Assembly: GCA_964388715.1 (NCBI GenBank) | Contig: CAYMBN010000001.1 | Location: 76,962 to 140,961 of the forward strand | DNA: 64,000 bases | DNA from: an uncultured Methanosarcinales archaeon | Lineage (GTDB): Archaea; Nanobdellota; Nanobdellia; Woesearchaeales; CAYMBN01 | Direction: 5' to 3' | In this document: in pieces, positions 8,963 to 19,050 of the stretch | How positions within the stretch are numbered: the stretch's first letter is position 1 | Layout of the letters: the number at the start of each line of letters is the position of its first letter | The notes under the pieces: generated by a model | What the model saw: only the letters and a program-made list of their open reading frames with translations | The model's database searches: none | What the model was told of the DNA's origin: nothing | Translations under genes and position numbers: made by a program

Positions 8963-9011
8963 TTTCATGCTCATGACTAGGACGTTTACGTTCATGACTT
9001 GGGCGTTTCAA
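8949..9011 (+). repeat. Three degenerate ~21-nt tandem units; the first overlaps the tRNA-Asp 3' end
   Basis: tcccggccagggcgtttcatgc / tcatgactaggacgtttacgt / tcatgacttgggcgtttcaa. Confidence 0.6.
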
Positions 9012-9131
9012 GGGCCGGTAGCTCAGCCTGGTGTGGTTTGCTTTGCGCAAACTGTGGGCAACTAGAGCACATGACTTTTATGTTAACGCAAGGTTATCAT
9101 GGGGTCGAGGGTTCGAATCCCTTCCGGCCCG
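9012..9131 (+). tRNA. tRNA-Lys(TTT) with introns at 19/20 (9032-9061) and 37/38 (9081-9095)
   Basis: GGGCCGG/CCGGCCC with G73; CATGA-CT-TTT-A..TCATG; both introns fold into BHB motifs (GCCT/GGGC and CTTT/AAGG central helices). Confidence 0.95.
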
Positions 9132-9169
9132 TTCATGTTCAAAAAAACACAACACCATAACCAAAAAAA

Positions 9170-9409
9170 ATGACAAAAATAGACATTACAAAACACTCAC
9201 TTGTACCTAAGCATAGTATTGTAAGTGAAAAAGAAAAAAAAGCTCTTCTTGAAAAATATAATATTACAGCTAAAGAACTTCCTAGGATTACAAAAACTGA
9301 TTCTGCAATCTTATCTTTAAAACCTAAGATAGGAGATGTTGTTAAAGTCGTAAGAAAAAGTGCAACTGCAGGGGAAAGTGTTTTTTATAGGGTGGTTACT
9401 AATGTCTGA
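9170..9409 (+). CDS. rpoH: RNA polymerase subunit Rpo5 (H)
   Basis: HSLVPKH, LPRI...D, GDVVKVVRKSATAG..FYRVV. Confidence 0.97.
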   Translation: MTKIDITKHSLVPKHSIVSEKEKKALLEKYNITAKELPRITKTDSAILSLKPKIGDVVKVVRKSATAGESVFYRVVTNV

Positions 9410-10889
9410 TAAGGGTAAAACTCTGATTAAAAAGTATTTTGAAGAACAGGTTTTTGTAGATTCTGACATTGGAAGTTTTAATAATTTTATTGAAAAAGAA
9501 TTGCAAAAAATTATTGAAGAAAATAAAGAAATTGTTCCTACAATCATCCCACATGATATTGATGAGTTTAAAATTAAGTTTGATAGAATTTGGGTTGAAA
9601 AACCAGTGATTACCGAGGCTGATGGTTCTAAGCGTGCTATTTATCCAACAGAAGCGCGGCTTAGAAAAATCTCTTATTCTGCTCCAATTTTCTTGGAGGT
9701 TTCTGCTCACATTAATGGTGTTCAACGTGAAAGTTTTACAACACAAATAGGTAATCTTCCAATCATGCTCAAAAGTAAATTTTGTCATTTACATAAATTA
9801 AGTAGAGAAGAGTTAATTGAAAAAGGTGAAGACCCTGATGATCCGGGTGGATATTTTATTATTAATGGTACTGAAAAAGTTCTTATTAATATAGAAGATC
9901 TTACCCCAAACAAATTGTTAGTAAGTAAAACAAAGACAGGAGTTAGTAAACATGAAGGGAGACTTTTCTCTGAGTTTGGTTCATTTAAAATTCCACATTT
10001 AATTGAAAAAATGAAGGATGGAATTTTTTATATTTCTTTTACAAGGGTAAAAAGGATTCCAATAATTGTTCTTATTAAAGCATTAGGTTTGTTAAGTGAT
10101 GAAGAGATCATGAAATTTGTAAGTGAGAAAAGGCAGTATGATGAGGTTTTTGTTAACCTGTTTGAATTTGTTGACATTAAGACACATGAAGATGCTTTGG
10201 ATTATGTTGCAAAAAAGATTGGAATAACACAGTCAAAAGAGATTAGAATTGAAAGAATGAAAGAGATTCTTGACAAATATCTTTTACCGCACTTAGGAAT
10301 TAAACCTGAGGATAGAATCTATAAAGTACATAATTTATGTAAAATGATGAAGAAGTTTATGGTTGTTTCAAATGGGGAATTACCTTTAGATGATAAAGAC
10401 CATTATATGAATAAAAAAGTTAAATTAAGTGGTGATCTTCTTACTGATTTAATAAGAGTTAACTTAAGAGTTTTGATTGGGGATATACTTTATAATTTCC
10501 AGAGGATTGTTAAAAGAGGTAAGTTCCCAAGTATAAGAGTAATTATTAGAGAAAAATTGCTTACCTCAAGGATATACAGTTCAATGGCAACTGGTAATTG
10601 GGTTGGTGGAAGAAAAGGTATTTCACAGAGAATACAAAGGCTTAATTTTCTACAAACATTATCACATTTACAAAGAGTTGTAAGTCCTTTATCAGCTTCA
10701 CAAGAAAATTTTGCTGCAAGAGAATTACATCCTACTCATTTTGGTAGGTTATGTCCAATTGAAACACCAGAAGGTACTAATATTGGACTGAGAAAAAATT
10801 TATCTTTATTATGTAGTGTGTCACAAGAATCTAATGAAGCTGAGGTAATCAAAGCATTGAAAGGTTTTGGATTAAAATCTGTAAGGTGA
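9402..10889 (+). CDS. rpoB2: RNA polymerase subunit B'' (Rpo2N)
   Basis: YPTEARLR, GGYFIINGTEKV, LSHLQRV, GRLCPIETPEG; ATG at 9402. Confidence 0.97.
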   Translation: MSDKGKTLIKKYFEEQVFVDSDIGSFNNFIEKELQKIIEENKEIVPTIIPHDIDEFKIKFDRIWVEKPVITEADGSKRAIYPTEARLRKISYSAPIFLEVSAHINGVQRESFTTQIGNLPIMLKSKFCHLHKLSREELIEKGEDPDDPGGYFIINGTEKVLINIEDLTPNKLLVSKTKTGVSKHEGRLFSEFGSFKIPHLIEKMKDGIFYISFTRVKRIPIIVLIKALGLLSDEEIMKFVSEKRQYDEVFVNLFEFVDIKTHEDALDYVAKKIGITQSKEIRIERMKEILDKYLLPHLGIKPEDRIYKVHNLCKMMKKFMVVSNGELPLDDKDHYMNKKVKLSGDLLTDLIRVNLRVLIGDILYNFQRIVKRGKFPSIRVIIREKLLTSRIYSSMATGNWVGGRKGISQRIQRLNFLQTLSHLQRVVSPLSASQENFAARELHPTHFGRLCPIETPEGTNIGLRKNLSLLCSVSQESNEAEVIKALKGFGLKSVR

Positions 10890-10893
10890 ATAT

Positions 10894-12696
10894 ATGACTG
10901 AAATTTATTTAAATCAAAAATTTGTTGGAGATGTAGATAATTCAAAAGATTTCATTAGTCAGATAATTGCTGCAAGAAGAAGATCTGATTTAACTAATAA
11001 TATTAATGTTTATCATAATGAAAAAGCTGATGAGATACATATTCTTTCTTCAAAAGGTAGAGCAAGAAGACCAGTGATTGTTGTTAAAGGCGGACAGCCA
11101 ATGTTAACAGAAAATCATATTAAACAACTTGAAAAGAATGAGATTACCTGGAGTGATTTAGTAAAGCAAGGAATTATTGAATTTCTTGATGCTAGTGAAG
11201 AAGAAAATTGTTACATTGCATTATCTCAAGAAGAACTTACACAAGAGCATACGCACATGGAAATTACACCGTTGGCAATGTTAGGATTAATTACTTCACT
11301 TGTTCCTTATGGAAACTTTAATCAGTCAACAAGGTTGAATGCTGGTTCTAAGAATCAGAAACAAGCTCTTGGTTTTTATGTTGCTAATTTTCCTTTAAGA
11401 ATGGATATGGATGTAAATTTGTTACACACTCCACAAGTTCCAATTGTAAACACTCTTATGTATGATATTGTAAATTATAATAAACATCCTTCTGGTCAAA
11501 ATATTGTTGTTGCTATTATGAGTTATGATGGATACAATATGGAAGACGCAATCATAATAAACAAAGGTTCTATTGAACGTGGTTTGGCAAGAAGTACTTA
11601 TTATAGACCAAGTATTGCAGAAGAACTTAGGTATGCTGGTGGTCTTATTGATGATATTTCAATTCCTGATAAAGAAGTAAAAGGTTACAAGAGTGAACAT
11701 GATTATAGATTGATTGAAGATGATGGTATTATATTTCCTGAAGCAAAAGTGGCTGAAGGTGATGTTGTTATTGGTAAAACTTCTCCACCAAGATTTTTAA
11801 GTAGTCTTGATGAATATAATTTAGCATCTTCAACAAGACGTGAAAGTTCTGTTTCAATGGTACACGGTGAGAAAGGTGTTGTTGATTTTGTTTTACTTAC
11901 TGAAAATGAAGAAGGTAACAGATTAGTACAAGTAAGAGTTCGTGATCAAAGAGTTCCTGAGATTGGTGACAAGTTTACAAGTAGACACGGGCAAAAAGGT
12001 GTTGTTGGAATGATTGTTCCTGCAAGTGATATGCCATTTAGTGCAAATGGAATTGTGCCTGATATTTTATTTTCACCACATGGTATACCATCAAGAATGA
12101 CAATATCACATTTAATTGAGTTAGTAGGTGGTAAAGTAGGTGCTTTATCTGGAAAGTATATTGATGGCACTATTTTTAATGCTGAGCCTGAGAAAAAATT
12201 AAGAGAAGAATTAACTAAATTAGGTTTTAGAGAAGATGGTGTTGAAACATTGTATGATGGTAGAACAGGAAGACAATTTAAAGTGAGAATTTATATTGGT
12301 AATATGTATTATCTGAAACTTAAACATATGGTTGCGAACAAGTTACATGCACGTGCACGTGGACCAATCCAACTTTTAACAAGACAACCTACTGAAGGAA
12401 GAGCTAAAGAAGGTGGATTAAGGTTAGGAGAAATGGAAAAAGATACTTTTGTTGCACATGGTGCTTCTCTATTACTTAAAGAAAGGTTTGATGCTGATAA
12501 AACAAAAGTACCTATATGTGAAAATTGTGGTATTATTGCTATTCATGATGAATTTAAAAATAAATCTTATTGCCCAATATGTGGTGATAATGTTGATATT
12601 AACAATGTTGAAATAAGTTATGCTTTCAAATTAATACTTGATGAGTTTAAAAGTTTAGGAATTTATCCTAAGCTGGAACTTCAAAATAAATATTAG
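10894..12696 (+). CDS. rpoB1: RNA polymerase subunit B' (Rpo2C)
   Basis: GYNMEDA, GDKFTSRHGQKG, LKHMV, GGLRLGEME, C-terminal zinc finger. Confidence 0.97.
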   Translation: MTEIYLNQKFVGDVDNSKDFISQIIAARRRSDLTNNINVYHNEKADEIHILSSKGRARRPVIVVKGGQPMLTENHIKQLEKNEITWSDLVKQGIIEFLDASEEENCYIALSQEELTQEHTHMEITPLAMLGLITSLVPYGNFNQSTRLNAGSKNQKQALGFYVANFPLRMDMDVNLLHTPQVPIVNTLMYDIVNYNKHPSGQNIVVAIMSYDGYNMEDAIIINKGSIERGLARSTYYRPSIAEELRYAGGLIDDISIPDKEVKGYKSEHDYRLIEDDGIIFPEAKVAEGDVVIGKTSPPRFLSSLDEYNLASSTRRESSVSMVHGEKGVVDFVLLTENEEGNRLVQVRVRDQRVPEIGDKFTSRHGQKGVVGMIVPASDMPFSANGIVPDILFSPHGIPSRMTISHLIELVGGKVGALSGKYIDGTIFNAEPEKKLREELTKLGFREDGVETLYDGRTGRQFKVRIYIGNMYYLKLKHMVANKLHARARGPIQLLTRQPTEGRAKEGGLRLGEMEKDTFVAHGASLLLKERFDADKTKVPICENCGIIAIHDEFKNKSYCPICGDNVDINNVEISYAFKLILDEFKSLGIYPKLELQNKY

Positions 12697-12707
12697 GTGA
12701 AAAAATA

Positions 12708-15299
12708 ATGGATGAATACCAAGATTATGTGTTTAAGAAGGTGAAATCAATAGTGTTTGGAATATTTTCACCAAAAATAGTTAAACAAATGGCTTCAGCT
12801 AAAATTGTTACACCTGAACTTTATGATAAAGAAGGTTATCCTGTTGACGGCGGGTTAATGGATATTAGGTTAGGAGTGATTGACCCTGGTCTTAAATGTA
12901 GAACCTGTGGTTCAAAATTAAAAGAATGTGTTGGTCATTTTGGTTATATTGAACTTGCAAGGCCAATTATTCATGTTAAATTTATTACTCTTGTATTTAA
13001 TCTTTTAAAGTGCACATGCAGAGAATGTGCTAGAATCCTTATACCTAAAAATAAGATTGACCATTATAGTAAAATTCTTGATCAATATGAAAAAGAGCTT
13101 GGAATTGATAATAGAAGAAAAAAAGTAAGAGAAGTAATATCTAGTCTAAAAACAATTAATAAATGTCCTTACTGTAATGCAAAACAACAAAAGTTTACTT
13201 TAGAAAAACCAACTACAATTTTAGAAAATGATAAACGTATCAGTCCAATTGAAATAAGAACAAGATTGGAAAAAATAAGTGATGAAGATTTAATGATATT
13301 AGGTATGAATCCTAAATTTGTTAGACCTGAATGGATGGTTCTTACTGTTTTACCAATCCCACCAGTAACAATGAGGCCAAGTATTACACTTGAATCCGGA
13401 GAAAGAAGTGAGGATGATCTTACACATAAACTTGGTGATATTGTAAGGATTAATCAAAGGTTATTTGAAAATATTAATGCAGGTGCTCCTGAAATTATTA
13501 TTGAAGATTTATGGGACTTGTTGCAATATCACGTGACAACATTCTTTGACAATAATATTGCACAGTTACCGCCTGCAAGGCATAGAAGTGGTCAACCGCT
13601 TAAGACAATAACTGACAGAATTAAAAGTAAGGAAGGTAGAATAAGGCATAATCTTGCTGGTAAAAGAACTAACTTTTCAAGCAGAACTGTTATTAGTCCT
13701 GATCCTATGATTCAGTTAAATGAAGTAGGTATTCCATTAATTGTTGCAATGAAACTTACCATGCCTGAGCGTGTAACAGAATGGAATATGGAATATTTGA
13801 AAAAGTTTATTGAGCGTGGTCCTAAAGTATATCCTGGTGCTAATTATTTAATAAGATTAGATGGTAAAAAGAAAAAGATTACTGATGAAACAAGAGAACC
13901 ATTATTAGAAGAACTTCAACCTGGTTATATTGTTGAAAGGCATGTGATGGATGGTGATATTGCTTTATTTAACAGACAACCTTCACTGCACAGAATGAGT
14001 ATGATGTGTCATCGTGTTAGGGTGTTACCTGGGAAAACTTTTAGATTAAATCCTGCTGTTTGTCATCCATATAACGCTGACTTTGATGGTGACGAGATGA
14101 ACCTACACATTCCACAAACAGAAGAAGCAAGGTCTGAAGCAGAGATTTTAATGATGGTACAAACACAACTTATCAGTCCGCGTTATGGGTTAAGTGTTAT
14201 TGGTTGTGTACAAGATGCTATATCTGGAAATTATATTCTTACAAAATCACAAGAGTTTACAAGAGAAGAAGCAGCTGATCTTCTTGCTGAAATAGGGATT
14301 AAAGATTTATCAAGATTACCTAGAAAAAGTAAGATAAGTGGAAATGAAGTATTTAGTTGTTTGATTCCAGAAGATTTTAATTTTACTGGAACAGCCAGAG
14401 ATGGTACTAAAGTTGTGATCAAGGATGGAAAAATTGTTGAAGGTTTTATGGATAAAGCTAATTTAGGAGAAGAAAGTGGTTTAATGTTGAGAAATATACG
14501 GCAAAAGTATGGTGAAGAGAAAACTATTAACATACTTGGAAATATATTCAGACTTGGAATTAAAACTTTACTCAGAACTGGTCTAACAACTTCTATATCT
14601 GATACTGACCTTCCAGAAACTGCTGTTGTTAAGATTAAAGAAATCATATCAAATGCTGAAAAAGAAGTGCAGAATATTATTCAGCAATACAAAGAGAAAA
14701 AACTTGAAGCACTTCCTGGAAGGACAGAAAGTGAAACACTTGAGTTAAGAATATTAGAAATTCTTAACAGAGCAAGAAATGAAAGTGGTGGAGTTGTAGC
14801 TGAGTATTCAAAACATGAAGATTTAGAATTACTTAATTATTCTGGTACGTTAATAATGGCACAGTCAGGTGCAAGAGGAAATCCGCTTAACCTAGCTCAG
14901 ATGGCTGCATGTGTAGGTCAACAAGCTATGCGTGGTAAAAGAATTGAAAGAGGTTATCTTGGAAGAACATTAGCATGTTTCAAGAAAGGTGACCTTGGAC
15001 CAGAAGCGCATGGGTTTATTAAACATGGTTTTAAAGCTGGGCTTAATCCGCATGAATTTTTCTTCATGGCAATGACTGGTCGTGATTCATTAATGGATAC
15101 TGCATTAAGAACTCCAAAGAGTGGTTATTTATATAGAAGATTAGCTAATGCAATGCAAGATCTAAAAGTAGAGTATGATAATACTGTAAGAGATTCAGGT
15201 AGAAAAATTATACAATTTAAGTATGGTGAAGATGGAATAGATGTTTCAAAGTCAGAAAATGGAATTATTAATGTTCAAAAAATAATTGATTCGTGTTAA
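12708..15299 (+). CDS. rpoA1: RNA polymerase subunit A' (Rpo1N)
   Basis: Catalytic [33 protein letters not shown]. Confidence 0.98.
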   Translation: MDEYQDYVFKKVKSIVFGIFSPKIVKQMASAKIVTPELYDKEGYPVDGGLMDIRLGVIDPGLKCRTCGSKLKECVGHFGYIELARPIIHVKFITLVFNLLKCTCRECARILIPKNKIDHYSKILDQYEKELGIDNRRKKVREVISSLKTINKCPYCNAKQQKFTLEKPTTILENDKRISPIEIRTRLEKISDEDLMILGMNPKFVRPEWMVLTVLPIPPVTMRPSITLESGERSEDDLTHKLGDIVRINQRLFENINAGAPEIIIEDLWDLLQYHVTTFFDNNIAQLPPARHRSGQPLKTITDRIKSKEGRIRHNLAGKRTNFSSRTVISPDPMIQLNEVGIPLIVAMKLTMPERVTEWNMEYLKKFIERGPKVYPGANYLIRLDGKKKKITDETREPLLEELQPGYIVERHVMDGDIALFNRQPSLHRMSMMCHRVRVLPGKTFRLNPAVCHPYNADFDGDEMNLHIPQTEEARSEAEILMMVQTQLISPRYGLSVIGCVQDAISGNYILTKSQEFTREEAADLLAEIGIKDLSRLPRKSKISGNEVFSCLIPEDFNFTGTARDGTKVVIKDGKIVEGFMDKANLGEESGLMLRNIRQKYGEEKTINILGNIFRLGIKTLLRTGLTTSISDTDLPETAVVKIKEIISNAEKEVQNIIQQYKEKKLEALPGRTESETLELRILEILNRARNESGGVVAEYSKHEDLELLNYSGTLIMAQSGARGNPLNLAQMAACVGQQAMRGKRIERGYLGRTLACFKKGDLGPEAHGFIKHGFKAGLNPHEFFFMAMTGRDSLMDTALRTPKSGYLYRRLANAMQDLKVEYDNTVRDSGRKIIQFKYGEDGIDVSKSENGIINVQKIIDSC

Positions 15300-15301
15300 A
15301 A

Positions 15302-16420
15302 ATGGCAGATGAATTTAAAGAATATAAAGGAAGACTTCCAAAAAAGATTTTGGATGAAATAAAAGAGAAATGTCCAAAAAGTAAACTGAAAAAAGTACTT
15401 AAGAAAACATATGAACAGTATATGGATGCTATGGCACAACCTGGTGAATGTGTTGGTTTAGTAGGTGCAGAATCAATTGGTGAACCAGGTACACAGATGA
15501 CATTGAACACATTCCACTTTGCAGGTGTTGCAGAGATGAACGTTACAGTTGGTTTACCTAGAATTATTGAAATTTTAGATGGAAGGAAAACTATATCAAC
15601 ACCAATGATGGAAATTTATCTTAAAAGTCCGTTTAATAAAGGAAAAGATATTAGAAAACTTGCAATGGCTGTAAAAGAAACAACTTTAAAAGAGTTTATT
15701 AAAGAAATATTAATTAATATTGCTGATTTGACTATTGAAGTAAAACTTGATGATGAAAAAATGAAGTCTATGGGAGTAAAATCTTCTTTTTTAGTTAGTT
15801 CTGTTTCTAAAAGTACAAAAGGAATAAGTGTTAAAGAAAAAGAAGGTAATCTAATTGTTAAATTAAGGTCAAAAGAACAAAATCTTAATGATATATACAA
15901 ATTAAAAGAAAAGATTAAGGATGTTTACATTAAAGGTGTGAAAGGAGTTAAACAAGTATTACCTGTTAAAAGAGGAGAAGAATACATAATTGTTACATCT
16001 GGTACTAATCTTAAAGAAGTGTTATCTATGAAAGAGGTTGATGAAACAAGAACTACAAGCAATAACATTTATGAAATGGCAGAAGTGTTAGGTATTGAGG
16101 CTGCAAGACAATCTATCATCAATGAAGTGTTTAAAGTTATTGAAACACAAGGTCTTAATGTTGATATAAGACATATTATGCTTGTTGCTGATACAATGTG
16201 TATCACTGGTCAAATCAAGGGTATTACTCGTTATGGAATTGTAGGTGAAAAAGCAAGTGTTCTTGCAAGAGCTTCATTTGAAACACCTATTAAACATATT
16301 ATTAATGCAGCATTAATCGGGGAAGTTGATAAACTTGATTCTGTTGTTGAAAATGTTATGCTTAATCAGCCTGTACCTGTAGGTACTGGTCTTCCAGGAT
16401 TGATTACAAAGTTTAAATGA
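15302..16420 (+). CDS. rpoA2: RNA polymerase subunit A'' (Rpo1C)
   Basis: [30 protein letters not shown]. Confidence 0.97.
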   Translation: MADEFKEYKGRLPKKILDEIKEKCPKSKLKKVLKKTYEQYMDAMAQPGECVGLVGAESIGEPGTQMTLNTFHFAGVAEMNVTVGLPRIIEILDGRKTISTPMMEIYLKSPFNKGKDIRKLAMAVKETTLKEFIKEILINIADLTIEVKLDDEKMKSMGVKSSFLVSSVSKSTKGISVKEKEGNLIVKLRSKEQNLNDIYKLKEKIKDVYIKGVKGVKQVLPVKRGEEYIIVTSGTNLKEVLSMKEVDETRTTSNNIYEMAEVLGIEAARQSIINEVFKVIETQGLNVDIRHIMLVADTMCITGQIKGITRYGIVGEKASVLARASFETPIKHIINAALIGEVDKLDSVVENVMLNQPVPVGTGLPGLITKFK

Positions 16421-16427
16421 GGTTAAA

Positions 16428-16715
16428 ATGGTAAAAAAACAAGTCATTAGCAAAGATGTAAAAGAGATAAAAGATGCTATTAAAAGTAAGAAATTAGTGA
16501 TTGGTACTGGTAGAACAATTAAATTACTTAAAAATAATAAACTAGCTAAAGTTTACTTATCTGCTAATTGTCCTGCTAGTGTTAAAGAAGATATTGAAAA
16601 TTATTGTAAAATGAATAAAGTAAATGTTGTTAAATTAAAACAAAAGAATAGTGAATTAGGAACTTTGTGTAAAAAACCTTTTTTTATTTCTGTGTTAGGT
16701 GTTTTAATTGACTAA
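16428..16715 (+). CDS. rpl30e: Ribosomal protein L30e
   Basis: LVIG...TIK, SANCP, ELGTLCKKPF; canonical position after rpoA''. Confidence 0.92.
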   Translation: MVKKQVISKDVKEIKDAIKSKKLVIGTGRTIKLLKNNKLAKVYLSANCPASVKEDIENYCKMNKVNVVKLKQKNSELGTLCKKPFFISVLGVLID

Positions 16716-17124
16716 GATTAAGTACGATATAACTCTAATGAAATTTATAGCCTTATTTGAAAATATAACTAGAGCTAAGGTTAAAGATTGTTTTGTAAAC
16801 GGAGAAAGGCTTGTATTTGTTGTCAGTCCTGGGTTTATTAGCAAAGCAATAGGTAAGAATGGTTCTAACATAAAAAGGCTTGAATCAATGTTAAAGAAAA
16901 AGATTAAAATTGTTGAATATAGTGAAGATAAGCTTAGGTTTATAAAAAATTGGTTAATGCCTCTTAAGGTTACTGATATTAAAGAAGAAGATGGAATTGT
17001 AACAGTGACTGCTCCTGACACACAAACACGTGGATTGATGATTGGTAGAAGTGCGCAGAATCTTCGTGGAACAGAAGAGGTGGTTAGGAGATATTTTGAA
17101 GTCAAGGAGATAAAGATTGTTTAA
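16708..17124 (+). CDS. nusA: Archaeal NusA (KH domains)
   Basis: AIGKNGSNIK and IGRSAQN KH motifs; conserved operon position; TTG start. Confidence 0.93.
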   Translation: MTKIKYDITLMKFIALFENITRAKVKDCFVNGERLVFVVSPGFISKAIGKNGSNIKRLESMLKKKIKIVEYSEDKLRFIKNWLMPLKVTDIKEEDGIVTVTAPDTQTRGLMIGRSAQNLRGTEEVVRRYFEVKEIKIV

Positions 17125-17131
17125 ATCAATC

Positions 17132-17147
17132 GAAAGCTTTTTAAATA
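17132..17147 (+). promoter_or_regulatory. BRE/TATA promoter of a probably leaderless rps12 transcript
   Basis: GAAAGC-TTTTTAAATA about 22 nt upstream of ATG 17169. Confidence 0.55.
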
Positions 17148-17168
17148 ATATCCTAGTTTTATAACAAA

Positions 17169-17606
17169 ATGGGTAAAAAATCAAAAGGATTGAATGCAGG
17201 GAAAAAGCTTAAGAAAAGGAGAGCTAAAGCTAGATGGCATGATCAATGGTATTCTAAAAGGGCTCTGGGTTTGAAGGTTAAATCTGATCCATTAGAAGGT
17301 GCCTCACAAGCAAAAGGTATTGTACTTGAAAAAGTTCAGCTTGAAGCTAAACAACCTAACTCTGCTATGAGAAAGTGCTGCAGAGTACAGCTTGTTAAGA
17401 ATGGTAGGCAAATTACTGCATTCATGCCTGGTGATGGTGCTCAAAAGTTGATTGATGAACACGATGAAGTGATGGTTGAATGTATTGGCGGTACTAAAGG
17501 TAGAGCTAAAGGTGATATTCCTGGTGTTAGATGGCAGGTTTTAAAAGTTAATGATCAAAGTTTAGATGCACTTAGAAAAGGTAAGATTGAAAAAGCTAGA
17601 AAATGA
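17169..17606 (+). CDS. rps12: Ribosomal protein S12 (uS12)
   Basis: [20 protein letters not shown]. Confidence 0.97.
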   Translation: MGKKSKGLNAGKKLKKRRAKARWHDQWYSKRALGLKVKSDPLEGASQAKGIVLEKVQLEAKQPNSAMRKCCRVQLVKNGRQITAFMPGDGAQKLIDEHDEVMVECIGGTKGRAKGDIPGVRWQVLKVNDQSLDALRKGKIEKARK

Positions 17607-18196
17607 TTAAAGCGTTTAATAAGTGGAGTGTTGAAGATATTAAAGTGTTAGATCCTGGTTTGATAAGGTACATTTGTTTAGAACCAAGGATAGTACCTAA
17701 AACAAGTGCACGTTATGCTGGTAATAGGTTTCACAAATCAAATGTTTTTATTGTGGAAAGGTTGATTAACAAATTAATGGTTCCTGGACATAAAGCAAAA
17801 AAACATTTTAAGTCAAGTCATCATATTACTGGAAAAGGACATACTAATTATGATACTGTAGAAAAAACTTTTAAAATAATTGAATCAAGGACAAAGGAAA
17901 ATCCTATAAAAGTTTTTGTTAAAGCACTTGAGAATGCTGCACCAAGGGAAGAGATTCTTACAATTGAATATGGTGGTGCGCGTTATCCTAAAGCTGTTGA
18001 ATGTGGGCCACAAAGAAGAATTGATATTGCACTCAAATTAATGGTACAAGGTTCTTATCAAAAATCATTTAATTCCAAAAAATCAATTGAAGCTGCACTT
18101 GCAGATGAGATAATCAATGCTTACAATCTAAGTCAAAGTTCATTAGCAGTAAGCAAGAAGTTGGAAATGGAAAGACAAGCTGATTCTAGTAGGTAA
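17603..18196 (+). CDS. rps7: Ribosomal protein S7 (uS7)
   Basis: [37 protein letters not shown]. Confidence 0.97.
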   Translation: MIKAFNKWSVEDIKVLDPGLIRYICLEPRIVPKTSARYAGNRFHKSNVFIVERLINKLMVPGHKAKKHFKSSHHITGKGHTNYDTVEKTFKIIESRTKENPIKVFVKALENAAPREEILTIEYGGARYPKAVECGPQRRIDIALKLMVQGSYQKSFNSKKSIEAALADEIINAYNLSQSSLAVSKKLEMERQADSSR

Positions 18197-18249
18197 TTGT
18201 ATTCTCTACCAAATAAATATTTATAAATGATTTTGAGTGTTATGTTATT

Positions 18250-19050
18250 ATGGAAGGAAAATTAGAACAATATATTAGGAATTCTGAATTGACCAGTTTT
18301 GAAGAATATGGAGATGGTTGTTTCAAGATGAAACGCATGATGACTAATGGTGATTCTTTTACTTATGGAAGACGTTTTACATGGATGGCAGGTTATGTGG
18401 ATTTATTTCATATGATAATTGACCAGGAAAAAGCTATTAGGGTAATTAAGGATGAAAACAAATTAAAAATCACTCTTATTGATGCTGATGATGAAGAATT
18501 TCAATATGATGAGCCAGAAGCAGTAGAAAAAGCAGAAAGTTTGATGTTAGCAGCCAGATCAAAAATTGAAGACTCATATTTGACAGGTAAAAAAAATTAT
18601 GACATATTATCACAAGTACCTGAGGATATTGGAGAAGTTGTTGATTATTCTCCAAGCATTGTAACTTTTCAAAGCGATGACTGGAAGATCTATTACCACA
18701 AATGTGGACATAGTTATTTAGAAGTTTCCACTACCATAAAGAATAAGGATTTTACTATTAGACTAAATGAAACAATAGAGGGAGAAAAAGAAGGCATGTA
18801 TGAACTTACATTTGCCTGGGAAAAATTAGGATATCATTGTGGTAAATGGACTTACCCACTAGATTATTACACTCCAGAAGAAATAGAAAAAGTATTTTGT
18901 AATTTTTGGGCTTTACTTGGTCAAGCAGAAAAAGTTTTTAAGGGATTTGAACAAGAAAGAGCACATGATAAAGAAATTCTAAGAGAAAGAGAAAGAAAGC
19001 AAAGAGAACCTGATAGAAGAAAATTATTAGAAGAATTCTTAGCTCTTTAA
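18250..19050 (+). CDS. Hypothetical acidic protein
   Basis: 266-aa ORF with its own TATA box (TTTATAAA near 18221). Confidence 0.65.
   Translation: MEGKLEQYIRNSELTSFEEYGDGCFKMKRMMTNGDSFTYGRRFTWMAGYVDLFHMIIDQEKAIRVIKDENKLKITLIDADDEEFQYDEPEAVEKAESLMLAARSKIEDSYLTGKKNYDILSQVPEDIGEVVDYSPSIVTFQSDDWKIYYHKCGHSYLEVSTTIKNKDFTIRLNETIEGEKEGMYELTFAWEKLGYHCGKWTYPLDYYTPEEIEKVFCNFWALLGQAEKVFKGFEQERAHDKEILRERERKQREPDRRKLLEEFLAL

Noticed and set aside
8949..9011. Mini CRISPR array
   Set aside because: Units are contiguous and degenerate with no spacers, and there are no cas genes in the window.
9402..16420. Split rpoB and rpoA as frameshifted pseudogenes
   Set aside because: The splits fall at the normal archaeal B''/B' and A'/A'' boundaries and the catalytic motifs are intact.
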